The notes beneath the pieces are model-generated. The model was not told the origin of the DNA, ran no database searches, and worked only from the letters and a program-made list of their open reading frames with translations. A stretch of DNA of 64,000 bases. Source: Octopus sinensis. Taxonomy: Eukaryota. The stretch is from contig NC_042998.1 of assembly GCF_006345805.1 (NCBI RefSeq), positions 119,288,001 to 119,352,000 on the forward strand, given 5' to 3'. Below, one piece after another: positions 13,502-26,383 of this stretch. The translations under genes and the position numbers were made by a program. The first letter of the stretch is position 1; the number at the start of each line of letters is the position of its first letter.

Positions 13502-13661
13502 AGGAGTGGATGTGTGGTAAGTAGCTTGCTAACCAACCACATGGTTCCGGGTTCAGTCCCACTGCGTGGCATCTTGGGCAAGTGTCTTCTGCTATAGCCC
13601 CGGGCCGACCAATGCCTTGTGAGTGGATTTGGTAGACGGAAACTGAAAGACGCCTGTCATA

Positions 13662-13705
<44 letters not shown>

Positions 13706-13770
13706 TGATGAACGGCAACGAGAAACTCAGAGTAACAGATTTTGTTGAATTTTCTGCTGCTTTAAATAAA

Positions 13771-13834
<64 letters not shown>

Positions 13835-14050
13835 GTGTGTGTTTGTGTGTCTGTGTTTGTCCCCCTAGCATGCTTGACAACCGATGCTGGTGTGATTACA
13901 TCCCCGTCACTTAGCAGTTCGGCAAAAGAGGCCGATAGAATATGTACTGGGCTTACAAAGAATAAGTCCCGGGGTCGATTTTCTCGACTAAAGGCGGTGC
14001 TCCAGCATGGCCGCAGTCAAATGACTGAAACAAGTACAAGAGTAAAAGAG
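13502..14050 (+). mobile_element. Family-B SINE (tRNA-like head, CORE-like CTTGGGCAAGTG block, internal microsatellite) with a nested ~70-bp insertion
   Basis: Matches 26899-27300 throughout; extra sequence 13702-13772 lies inside its (TA)n tract. Confidence 0.85.
13702..13737 (+). ncRNA. Minimal hammerhead-like motif (probably decayed pLTR fragment)
   Basis: TGT-CTGATGA-ACG(GCAA)CGA-GAAA-CTCAGAG-TA-ACA: intact core, GNRA loop, near-palindromic ACTCAGAGT helix III, but an A.A mismatch at the base of helix II. Confidence 0.55.
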
Positions 14051-14085
<35 letters not shown>

Positions 14086-14188
14086 TATATATAATTTATA
14101 TATGAGGATAATATCGATATTTAAGTGTCGAAATTATCAAGTGGCCAGCATGAAAGAAATACCTTACAAAGGTAAAAAAATTTTTAAC

Positions 14189-14284
14189 AATTAAAAATGA
14201 GGGTGTCTAAAAGTGGTACTATAGTCAGTGTTTCGACTGCTATTTCGGCATGTTGGTGTCTTTTAGACACCCTCATTTTTAATT
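14189..14284. repeat. Perfect 25-bp inverted repeat with 46-nt spacer
   Basis: AATTAAAAATGAGGGTGTCTAAAAG (14189-14213) / CTTTTAGACACCCTCATTTTTAATT (14260-14284). Confidence 0.9.
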
Positions 14285-14595
14285 AATTATATATATATAT
14301 ATATATATATATCTTTCTACTCTGGGCACAAGATATATATATATATATTTCGTTTTGGGATTTGGTTTACAAGATTCTTTATATGAGTTCGTGTGTTGAA
14401 GCATATTCTTGACTCTGTCCGTTAGTTAAATAAATAACGGAGAGAGTCAAGACCATTGAAAAGGTTGCAAGACGCAACGAAAGTTTTAGGAAAGTAAAAA
14501 TTAGAAATAAGTGGAAATGTTACCGGTGAGTGTGTTACATTATAAGGCATAAAAAGAAAATGACTCTCCCCAAACACAACAGCATATATACACGA

Positions 14596-14598
<3 letters not shown>

Positions 14599-14678
<80 letters not shown>
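14599..14678. repeat. (TG)n microsatellite
   Basis: Direct run. Confidence 0.95.
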
Positions 14679-14681
<3 letters not shown>

Positions 14682-15541
14682 CGTTTTACAGCCTTCCACT
14701 TTTTACATCCATTTTCTTCTCGTTTTTTTCTCGTGATTTCTCTTGTTTCTCTTGGAACACAAGGCACACTACAAAATGCTGCCTATACTCACGTTCCGAA
14801 TGCATGAATCTATTAGTAGCTCGTATATCTTTATACCATGTACATTAAATAGTATTTATCTCTCACAGAATGGAGTACTTTTTTGTTGGTTTCACATTAC
14901 TGAAACTGTAAACTACATACATACATACATCTTTTAAAACACTGATGGTGTACTGCAACACTTTTAGCGTTTTATTTGATGAGCTGCAGATCGAAATAGA
15001 TTGAAAATTGCTGCTGCAGAAACTCGAAGCAAATTAATAATCTATGATGCACAAGAAAAAAAAAACTGTTAGTAGTAATAGTAGGAATTTTTTATTTATG
15101 AAAACCTAATTGAAACCGATAGATTTTGCTGTCAATACAAGAATGCTTAATATCAACAGAATCAGTGTGCATAGACTGTACAGTAGGCTGGCCAACTGAA
15201 TGAAAAGTGGTCACAAGATTAACTCGTAGGATGGTTCTATTTATTACATTTCTCTTTCATTCAGTATCCTTTGCTGGAAGGTGTTTACAATTGATTAACA
15301 AAGAAGATAATAGAATAAAAATTCTAAAAGCAAAAAAGAAAATCGGTAAACAAATTACTCAGAAATATTGAGGTATTTAAAAGACAGTCAACTTAAGCCA
15401 CCTTCCAAAACATTCCTGATAGGAAAGGGAAGGTAAAGTAGAAACAAATGTCGATATCGATAAAAAAAATATTGACGTTAGGAAAATAACTATTTGAGAA
15501 AGAATAAAATATATATACTTATATACAAATAAAGTAATAAA

Positions 15542-15692
<151 letters not shown>

Positions 15693-16739
15693 TTGGCTCT
15701 GTCTTGCGATATACTAACTTTCATTTTAGCATTCAAAGCGAGTTATTGCTCTGGGTAAATTATTATCGTATAACATTATAGAAAGTTGGGTTGACACAAA
15801 TCAGGCCTTATAAAGCAGGGCGATGGTGTGCAAGATGAAATGTGTAAACTGAGGAAACTGTCAATGGTCTGTATCGGTAACAATTGCTTTGATAAGTTCA
15901 TTTATTGTAAGGAGAAAAGAGTCTAACGTTTGTTAAGTTCAGCTGTCATAAGTGAAAGCTGAGATACTTTAGGTCGTGAGTCATCGTTTGATAAGGAGGG
16001 AGAAAGAAAAGTATGTTTTGTTGTGTGCATGACTGAATAAGTCTACAATTCCACAGGTCCACTGCTCCTTCAATATGACTGTAAATTTTGATATTATTAT
16101 AACTTGGGGCCCTACATGCATATAATAAACTGCCCCAGCCTTGCAAACTGGTAAAACATCTATTAATGACACCTTTTCGTACTGGATTTTTCATTGTATG
16201 TATTTATAGGTAGACAGGAGGCAATATTGAGGTCTTTATTAGTTACGATATATAAACAATTTCCCATTAGAATCGGTAGACTAAAACTTGATCAATTTAT
16301 GTCACGATAGTGCGTCTCCCAGAAAAATAAAGGTAAAACATGATACGAACAAAGACAAGGGAAAAATTGAGCAAATAAAATGTTTTCTTCAATAAAGTAC
16401 ATCATTCAATCGATCTTCAATATATTCCTGACATAGGTATAAATTCAAAAATTGTTTCAAGGGATGATGGTATTAGGTGATTATATTTTTCTCAGAATTG
16501 ACAGGTACTTTATTTTATTGACAGCAAAAAGGTGAAAGTTGACCATAGCAGTATTTGAATGCAGTGAGTATAAGGACTTCCACGAGTGACTAGGAGGTAA
16601 AGAAGTTCGCTTCCCACAACGTGGTTCCGGATTCGATCTTATTGCAGAGTACCTTGCGCTGTAGCTACAAGTTGACTAATACATCATGAGTTCTATTTCG
16701 TACGCGAAACTGCAATTCTGTTCTGTGTGTCTGTGTGCG

Positions 16740-17115
16740 TAACAGACACACAGTAAAACCGAAAGTGTTATTAAATCCAGTAAAACCGAAAGTGACAAAA
16801 CTAGTAACACAACCTGTGACTACCTAACAAAAGCACACCTAAACATACACACTTGCTTACAAAGGACTACATACATGAATACATTCTAAACAATAACATA
16901 ACACCAAATTTAATCAATAAAAATTTCTTCAAAACACCTCTCCATAACAACCCACCCTAAACCTAATTACCACCCCATTCAAACTTATACACCCTTGGAA
17001 GGCCATAACCTACAGAGACTATATGAAATCAAGATTAACTCTAATGCAGCGTAGTCCGACGATGGCTTAACTGACTGAAACTTCAAAGTCTCTGTCAACA
17101 ATATTCTAGTTTTAA
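16740..17115 (+). mobile_element. Probable PLE 3' end/pLTR fragment with hammerhead-like motif
   Basis: C/A-rich strand-biased body ending in GTAGT-CCGACGA-TGGCTTAACTGACT-GAAA-CTTCAAAG-TC-TCTGT (17051-17095); same family as 38950-39180. Confidence 0.55.
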
Positions 17116-17116
17116 A

Positions 17117-17152
<36 letters not shown>

Positions 17153-17189
17153 ATGTATGTTTGCATGTATGTATGTATGTTTGTATGTG

Positions 17190-17525
17190 AAGGCGCATGG
17201 CCCAGTGGTTAGAGCGTCGAGCTGACGAACGTGAGGTTGTGAGTTCGAATCCCGGACCGGACTGTGTGTTGTGTTCTCCAGCAAGACACTTTATTTCACG
17301 TTCCTCCAGCTCACTCAGCTGTAGAAATGAGTTGCAATGTCACTGGTGCCAAGCTGTATCGGCCTTTGCCTTTCCCTTGGACAACACTGGTGGCGTGGAG
17401 ATGGGAGGCCGGTATGCATGGGCGACTGCTGGTCTTCCATAAACATCCTTGCCTGGACTTGTGCCTGGGAGAGTAACTTTCTATGTGCAATTCCATGGTC
17501 TGTATCGTGACCGAAGGGGGTCAGC
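17190..17525 (+). mobile_element. Family-D tRNA-derived SINE
   Basis: A box TGGCCCAGTGG, B box GTTCGAATCC, CAGCAAGACACTTTATTTCACG block; no closing acceptor stem; inserted in (TATG)n. Confidence 0.8.
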
Positions 17526-17805
17526 ATGTATGTATGTATGTATGTATGTATGTATGTATGTATGTATGTATGCATGCATGCATGTATGTATGTATGTATG
17601 TATGTATGTATGTATGTATGTATGTATGTATGTATGTATGTATGTATGTATGTATGTATGTATGTATGTATGCATGCATGCATGTATGTATGTATGTATG
17701 TATGTATGTATGTATGTATGTATGCATGCATGTATGTATGTATGTATGTATGTATGTATGTATGTATGTATGTATGTATGTATGTATGTATGTATGTATG
17801 TATAA
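17526..17805. repeat. (TATG)n microsatellite with CATG variant units
   Basis: Direct run. Confidence 0.95.
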
Positions 17806-17850
17806 AGTATGTAAGCAAGAGAAAGCGTAAACTTTACCAAATCCAATTGA

Positions 17851-18299
<449 letters not shown>

Positions 18300-18999
18300 G
18301 ACGCACTTCGCAGAGGTTCCATCATCGAGACTACGCAAAATATATTTTGGTCAATGAAGAGACACTTGCCGAAAGTATTGTGCAGTAAGGGCGAATCTTA
18401 CATCTACAGAAACGCAGTCAGCCACGACACAATGAACTGAGAGGTGGTGGGGTGGCTGGAAGAAAATAAGCAGAATTTTGTTTCTTGCGTAAATGAGAAA
18501 AGATAATCTAATGATATTTAAAGAGAGATAAATCGATGTAAAAAAATTTTTTTTAAATACTCTGAGTTACCTCCCTTGAAACATTATGCTTACCTCACAT
18601 GTTCGTTTTGTTTTTCTTTCTTTCATTACAGTTTCGTTTGAGGTTTTTTTTTATTTATATATTTATATATTTATTTATCTATAAAAAGAAATGTATTGAT
18701 AGATTTGTAAGTTACATGGTTAGAATCAATAGATTAATCAATATATAAAGCGTTGATTTAAAAAATGAGGAGATGGAGACAGACGTACAGTATGTTATTT
18801 TTAGAGCTCCTGAGATTTATTTATTTGATCAAATGTTATACGAACAGTGATTCTATACGTATCATCATCATCGTAGTCGTCGTCATCGTTGTCGTCATCA
18901 TCATCATCACAAACCTGTTCTTTTTCGCTCGATTAGCTGCGTACAGCAATCAGACTTCCTTACATCACACTCTTCCGGCTTACAAAAAGGAAATTGGAC

Positions 19000-19032
<33 letters not shown>

Positions 19033-19087
19033 CGTGCGTGTGTGTGTGTGTGTGCGTGCGTGTGTGTGTGTGTGTGTATCTGTGTGT

Positions 19088-19125
<38 letters not shown>

Positions 19126-19216
19126 GGGATTATATTTACAAACAGAAGAAAACGGCACGCAATACATAATGGAAGGATTACTTCTGTTGAGAAACACCAA
19201 CTAATTCTCTCCCATT

Positions 19217-19278
<62 letters not shown>

Positions 19279-19280
19279 AA

Positions 19281-19323
<43 letters not shown>

Positions 19324-19674
19324 TTGCATATATACCAATGTCAACATTGCTTTTCATCAATTTTTATTCTTTTGTGTTTCAGCCCGAAGGTTGTAGCCAT
19401 GCTGGAGCACCACCAGAATTTCATAAAATATATACCTGTCGAATATAGTAAATACATTTCTACCCTTTGCCTATGTCAGAAACAATGCAGATTCACATAG
19501 AAATCTAGAAGAACGGCAGAGGCGTCAGAGCACCAAACAAAACGCCCTGCTTTATTTATGTCGGATATGTTCAACCTTTCGAGTTCGATCAAATAAAGCC
19601 CCATTCAAATACAGAAGTTGATTTATTCGGTTAATCCCTTCTTCAAATTTCAGGACTTATGCATATGTTAGCAA

Positions 19675-20095
19675 CAACAGGCCGATGAACTGGTAAAATC
19701 GTGAGAGCATCGAACAAAATGCATTATGCTATTTGTTCCGGCTCTTGCATTTTAACTTTGTCTTTCCTCTGGGATCGATAAACTGTCAAGTAATTGAGTC
19801 GATGTAATCGACTTTCTCCACCTTCCCTCAAAATTACTAACTTGGTGCCTAAATCCGAACTCATTATTATTAATATTATGAAGGCGGTGGAATGAAAGTG
19901 TTGGGGCAGCCAACAAAATACATTGCGGTATTTTGTTAGTTACGCTCTTCTATCATATTAGTTGTAATTCCACCGATGTCCATTTTGGCTTTCATCCTTC
20001 TGGGCTGATAAAATAAAGTACCAGCCACGTACTTCGATTAATTACATCGACAAGCCTTTGCCTCCAATTTTGCGGCTTTGAGGCTATGCTAGAAA
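19675..20095 (+). mobile_element. Two tandem degenerate family-A SINEs
   Basis: Degenerate heads and central blocks at about 19675-19865 and 19880-20095. Confidence 0.65.
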
Positions 20096-20684
20096 TAATT
20101 GTAGCTATGTAAATGGCGGCGGCGGTGTGATCAGTGGAGTTTGAGGTATGAAGCAGAACATAAAACTTATTTTATGTTGCACATCGAATTCTATCTTGAT
20201 TGAGCAGAAATGGAAAAAGAAATTTTACTAAGTCAAACGTTTATAACACAGCTAGAAAGTAATCTCAACAGAGAAAGAAAAACAAGGTAAAAAGTACCAA
20301 CGAAACCCTCAGCATAAAAACCAAATTCTACAGTAAATGTCCATATGCATAATGTAGTAATCTGCGAAATTTTAATTAAAATTATTAGTAATTAATTAAT
20401 GAGAATATAAATGAAGAGGACGAAAGCAGCTAATAACCACAAATTTCAAATTAATTATTAAAATTAATTAATGTGGGCAATGTAGTATAGTCTGACTCAG
20501 GTCGTAATCTTGCCATAAATATGTCGAACATAAAAACAAATATGTTAATGGGTTAAATACCGAGTTGTATCTAATTACGTCTGCGTTTTATATTTCTTTG
20601 TCGATAGACTAACAGTGAACAAATGGATTACGATTTTCCTTCCCAAATATTTGTGATCTGGTAAAGTGAAGAATTAACTAATTT

Positions 20685-20725
<41 letters not shown>

Positions 20726-22283
20726 TATATGGGTGTATATATATGTGTGTGTGTATGTGTGTGTGTGTGTGTGCGTGTGTGTGTGTGTGTGTGTGCGTGC
20801 GTGTGTGTAATGCACATTAAGCAGTGTTGTGAATTAAACGAATTTTTAAAACAGTTTAAATATGTTTGTGACATTTGACCTGTAAAAAGCCCTTCTTATT
20901 GCAGTTTGCGATGGAAAAAATTCTCGCTTTAGGCAATATGCGTCAGAATACCATCCATCATCTTGGGGTGAACTATCGTAGACCGATAATGTATTTCTCG
21001 CTAACTGGCTGTCATCAGTTCCGGGTGCTGCGCAAGAGAGACAACGCTAAGATGACTTTGGAAGCTATAACTTCCTTTGTAGAAAATTAGTAAAGATTAT
21101 CTACTGGAACGTGTGATCAGCCGTGAGGCTGGAATAATTATATATTTTGTACACTAAGACGTCTTGCGAACTAAACAAACTTTTAAATTATGCCAAATAT
21201 GTTTGTGATATATTTGGCCTAATTTTGAGAAAGATTAGCCTGCTGTTTCTAGAATTTCGAGCGACCATGCAGGGGTCTCCATACAGCTCTTATTGGTGCG
21301 TCTCTAAATATATTCTACAATGTGCCGAGATGAGAAACCATTTGTAGATTAAATGCATTACTATCAGGTATAATTATTCGTAGTAGTATTTATTTTGAGT
21401 TTCAATGCTCTGAGATCAAATTCAGCCGAGGTCAACTTTGCCTTCCGTCTTTTCAGGATAGATAAAAAGAAGAACGAATCCTGAGCGGTGGATTGGCGGA
21501 ACTGTATGTCGTACCACCTGGTATTTGTTCAGAGTCACTGCGTTGGGAGTCATATTCTGCCTTCGTTACCTAAAAGTAACCTTGTAAATCCTCGAAACTA
21601 ATGTAGCGAATAAGGTAGAGCCCTTGAAATAAATATCACAACCAAATTGAGGCCACTAGGCAGAGTCGGTCGAGAAAGTTCCTCTAGATGGAGTAATATA
21701 TACCCTGGTGAACTGACTTCACATTGCAAAGAAAAGCTAACAGAATTTGCTCCTTAAATTTGCCGATGATATGCAAATAGAAAGGTGGTTGCAAATACAT
21801 ACAACTCTAGCGATTTGGAGTCTCTACATAGCTGTTTGACCTGCTAAATATAGCAACCAAATCTCTCTTGACTCACGCAGAATAGTCTTTTAAATGTGAA
21901 GCACACACTGGAAAATGCAATCCAAGACAATTTATGTATACAAAAATAAAAAACGGTATGATCAAGGCCCCAACACCTACTCTGAAGGTCTGCTCAATCA
22001 AGTTGAACTTGGAACCTATGTTCCCCATGTTCAAGGGATTCCAACCATGACCGTCCTGTCGATTACCTCAGAGTACATTATTCAATATATCCAGCGTAGC
22101 TTTAGCAGGTAGTGTGTAATTTGAAAGAGATTTGGTTGCTATTTCTAATAAGTCGATCAACCACATTGAAGCAGCCTTCGTTAACTCGATGATATAAGAA
22201 CACAGACAAAATCTTTTGACCACCTGTATGTACATACATACGTAGACATAGATACATGTGGATTTTCAGAAAGAAACACAATT

Positions 22284-22452
22284 AACGCGTTGTGTTCTTG
22301 AGCGAAACACTTCATTTCACGTTGCTCCAGTCCACTCAGCTAGCAAAAATGAGTAACGCTGCGATGGACTGGCGTCCCGTCCAGCTGGGGAACACATACG
22401 CCATAGAAACCGGGAAACCGGGCCCATGAGCCTGGCTAGGCTTTAAAAGGGC
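22284..22452 (+). mobile_element. 5'-truncated SINE with V-domain-like block
   Basis: TTGAGCGAAACACTT...CCACTCAGC followed by CTGCGATGGACTGGCGTCCCGTCCAG (22359-22384). Confidence 0.6.
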
Positions 22453-22719
22453 AGTAAAGTATGCAAAACGATCTCAAGTTTAAAATATGACATTGGTTTC
22501 GTTATCTACATACCATCGATGGAACTTTGTATCTTTGTTAGAAACCAATTCCTTCCTCAGAGGAAGAATTTTAAATAATTAAAAACAGAAGAAAACATAC
22601 ATACATACATACATACATACATACATACATACATACATACATACATACATGCATACATACATACATACATACATACATACATACATACATACATACATAC
22701 ATACAAAGATACATACATA

Positions 22720-23095
22720 CAGGCGCAGGCTACTGTGTGAGAAGTATACTTCCCCACCTCATAGTTGCGCGTTCAGTCCTACCGCCTTGTACTTTTGACA
22801 AGTATCTTCTACTATAGCCTCGAGCCGATCAAAACCTTTTGAGTGAATTTGGCACATGGAAACTGAGAGTCTATCGTATATGTGAATATGTGTGTTTACG
22901 TGTGTGTGTGTGTCTTTGTGTCAGTATTTTACCACTACCACCGCTTAACAACCGGTGTTGGTGTATTTACGTCCCTGTAAGTACCAGGTTTCAAAATATG
23001 TAATACCGGGTTCGATTCAATCGGCTAAATTACTTCAAGGTGATGCCCCAGACTGGCCACAGCCTAATAAGCAAGTCAAAAAATAAAAATAAAAT
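22720..23095 (+). mobile_element. Degenerate family-B SINE
   Basis: GGCGCAGGC head, GACAAGTATCTTCTACTATAGCCTCG block, GGTGATGCCCCAG tail. Confidence 0.75.
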
Positions 23096-23147
23096 ACGTA
23101 CATACATATATACAATACATACACACAATACATACATACATACATGC

Positions 23148-23575
23148 ACTAATCTTGAGAAATAGGGCTTCTCAAAACCAGACAGGAGAAAGCTGATTAA
23201 AAGAATACAGATCCAAGACATCACTGGAACTGTGAAAATCTGTAAAACTTTCCAGTTTATTATTTAAGAATATATGAGTGTGTCTAGATAGGCAAGTATA
23301 TTCATGAGAATACATACATTAAACAAAGCATAAATATTTGCACATATACATACATACATACATACATCACAAATACATACATACATACACACACACACAT
23401 ACATACATACATACATACATACATACATACATACATACATACATACATACATACATACATACATACAAAAATACCCTTTTGACATTGTTGAAATTCCAAT
23501 GAAGGAGCCTTGGATCTAGGTTAGAAACCGGCTCTTTATTGGCAAGAAATCTTGAAATAAGACTAAATAATGACA
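23148..23575 (+). mobile_element. 3' end of a non-LTR retrotransposon with (TACA)n inside and after its 3' UTR
   Basis: Reads NLEK*GFSKPDRRKLIKRIQIQDITGTVKICKTFQF, resembling REL-LINE C-termini; UTR segments are separated and followed by (TACA)n. Confidence 0.5.
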
Positions 23576-23653
23576 TACATACATACATGCATGCATACAT
23601 ACATACATGCATACATACATACATACATACATACATACATACATACATCACAA

Positions 23654-23702
<49 letters not shown>

Positions 23703-24537
23703 TACATACATACATGCATACATACATACATACATACATACATACATACATACATACATACATACATACATACATACATACATACATACATACATACATG
23801 CTCTCGGGTAGATAATGTTTTTAATTAATTTTCTACCTTGATTTCATTAATAAAATTGTTGAAAGAAGAATCAAAAATATATTGTTTTTTCAAACAGCGT
23901 TGACATAGAGTTCTAAAAACTAGTCATTAAACTTGATTTCAAAATACTTCTATAATAGTTTACCAAAATGGGTTTATTATGTACAATCGATTCGGAAATT
24001 TATAAAGGTCAACAGTATTGTTTCTACAGGAAATCATTCTACCAAAATGCATGACGAGTGTTATAACCTGTCTCCAAAAAATACACATGAGTTTGTCGGT
24101 TTCAATTTGTTGCTTGCCTCTGTTGATATCGAAACTCAGAATTCTAAAATGGGATAAAACTGTACTGACTCCTTGCGAAGATACAATGCTTGACTGCAGT
24201 AGACGTTTTTCAACTTTCCCACGGTGGTATGTTTCATGTTCGCTTCGAAAGATTTTTATATTTCAAAAGTGTTTCATTTCTTGTCTTCGTGAATATGATC
24301 TCTTGACCGAAATAACCGAAAAAAATAAAATTAGATCTTGAAAATTTATTGCTAGCGTTTTGTAAAACTAAAAATTGTGTCGTGTGTTTTCAATGTTTCT
24401 AAAATAATTTAATCAAAACGTTCACTCGCCCACGGTGCCGCACTGTGAGATTGAATAGAAAAGCAAAGTGAACTTCTAACTCTTCACATGTCTACGTCTA
24501 TATATATGTATATATATATACATATATATATATGTGT

Positions 24538-24642
<105 letters not shown>

Positions 24643-24706
24643 ATGTATTTATGCATATATATATATACATACACATATACATATACATACACACATACAT
24701 ACACAC

Positions 24707-24737
<31 letters not shown>

Positions 24738-25129
24738 CATACATACATACATACATACATACATACATACATACATACATACATACATACATACATACGT
24801 AGGTAGGTAGGTAGATATGCATACAAAAGTGCATATACGGCATTTATTCAAATACAAATTCCGAATGTAACGTGACTTTTTTTTCTTTTGTTTCGCTGCG
24901 AGAAAGTTGTAATATATTTTATCCTATTATATAATGTGACCTCAGAGAACAGCCATAGTTATTTATATTTTTTAAGAAACCAATGTAATATTGCAGCCAA
25001 TTTTAAAGCACATAAAACATAGACACGGAAAAAAAAAAAACTAAAACAAATAATAAAACTGGCATAGTTCCTACTCAGTAACTTTTGCTTAACAGCTATT
25101 GAACGAAAGTTATAGCGCAGGTTATAAGA

Positions 25130-25890
25130 GAGGTCATCGTTCATAAATTGTGTTTATCACTTAAAAACCATCAGTTTGATTCATCAACTGGTTCTTTAAA
25201 TAACTTCAGCCATACTTCTTGATTCAGCTTCCTTAGCATATAACTTTATATGCGGCGTTATAATACATACATCTTTCTTCTTGTCTTTTACTCATTCAAC
25301 CAATTCTTCTTCAGTTCTGGATAGTGACCCTGATTTCCCTTAAGAATTATTCTTTCTACGTACACTAATGTTGCTCTCAGCAACACCAAATTTTTATAGA
25401 TTGCATACACAATCGTGATTCTTCGCAACATATTCTACGACACAGCGCTTTAAATTTTGCCCGGATCTTTTCGGTTTGAACGGCAGTTTTTTCTAGCGGT
25501 GTCATATGAAATTGTCACCCATAATTATGACCCTAGGGTTAGTTAGGGTTAGGGTTAGGGTGGGGGGAAAGGTATCTTTTTTTCTTCACAAATGTAAATA
25601 AACCCAATCTGTTTCTTAAACGAGGGACATATTCATACGGCACAGAATATTTTTCACCTCAATAGAGGTCATTGATTGGTTGAAATTGCAGAAATTGAAG
25701 AAAAAAACAACAAATATCTTACAAACTATAGAGTTTTCTCAATAAAGCCAAGAGAAAAAGATGTTTTATAAACACATTCTACCAGTATACGAAGTTAAAA
25801 ATTTTTTAGTTACCTAGAAATTATGTTAAAAACTGCCGTTCAAACCGAAAAGATCCTTTTGCCCAATAAGCAAATCTCATTTTCAGACCT
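25130..25890 (-). pseudogene. pogo/Tigger-like transposase N-terminal remnant (two HTH domains), interrupted by a MITE
   Basis: After removing the MITE and one TSD, broken minus frames give RFAYWAKFK, VVEYVAKN, KFGVAESNI, GHYPEL and EEELVE*VKDKK, resembling BrkDBD plus HTH_Tnp_Tc5 motifs. Confidence 0.55.
25463..25856. mobile_element. 394-bp MITE with perfect 29-bp TIRs, 8-bp TSD and internal TTAGGG repeats (Merlin-like termini)
   Basis: TIR GGATCTTTTCGGTTTGAACGGCAGTTTTT at both ends; TSD TTTTGCCC at 25455-25462 and 25857-25864. Confidence 0.9.
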
Positions 25891-26335
25891 ACACTATTAT
25901 CATAAAGGTGTAAAGTGAACATTTTACTCTATTAATGTAACTTGCACGTTTTAAACTGAAACCTCTTTTCCTAATCCCTTTTAAATAATAACACATTGAT
26001 GGTGTGTGGTTACACACCACCATCAGAATTAATAATTGCTGTTAGACTTATTCGCTGCTTAAGATGTTTCACAGCTGTAGGCAATGAAGTACGTACATTA
26101 GTCGTCAGATGTCACGGGGGGACCGCCTTCGGTATCTCCCTTTTTTAAGGTATGTTATTGGAGTTTGGTTTTGATATTTTTTTTTTCTTCACCCTTGAGT
26201 ATAATGCTCGCCACAAAATTTGGCATTGATTGCCCATATTCATTTTTCGCATAAAGTACACGAGAAAATACGTTAGATATATACGAATGGCTGTATATAA
26301 ATATATATAATGCGTGCGTGCACCCGAGCCTGTGA

Positions 26336-26383
<48 letters not shown>

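Noticed and set aside
17190-17265. tRNA-like sequence (also 26899, 30095, 47415)
   Set aside because: A and B boxes are present but the acceptor stem does not close and the sequence continues into SINE bodies; not tRNA genes.
20875-21090. Possible exon after the CCCTTCTTATTGCAG acceptor
   Set aside because: No convincing donor, and none of the three frames resembles a known protein.
23496-23534. CCAATGA...GAAACCGG hammerhead-like pattern
   Set aside because: G5 is missing and helices I/II are not coherent; left as LINE 3' UTR.
24431-24447. CACTGTG (reverse complement of the RSS/Transib heptamer CACAGTG)
   Set aside because: No nonamer at 12/23 spacing and no partner end; the context matches a decayed minus-strand family-B SINE head.
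25533-25560. Interstitial telomere or chromosome-fusion scar
   Set aside because: Only a few TTAGGG units, and they are internal to a MITE with TIRs and TSD.
26060-26108. Minus-strand CTGACGA...GAAAC
   Set aside because: Helices I and II cannot be formed in register.
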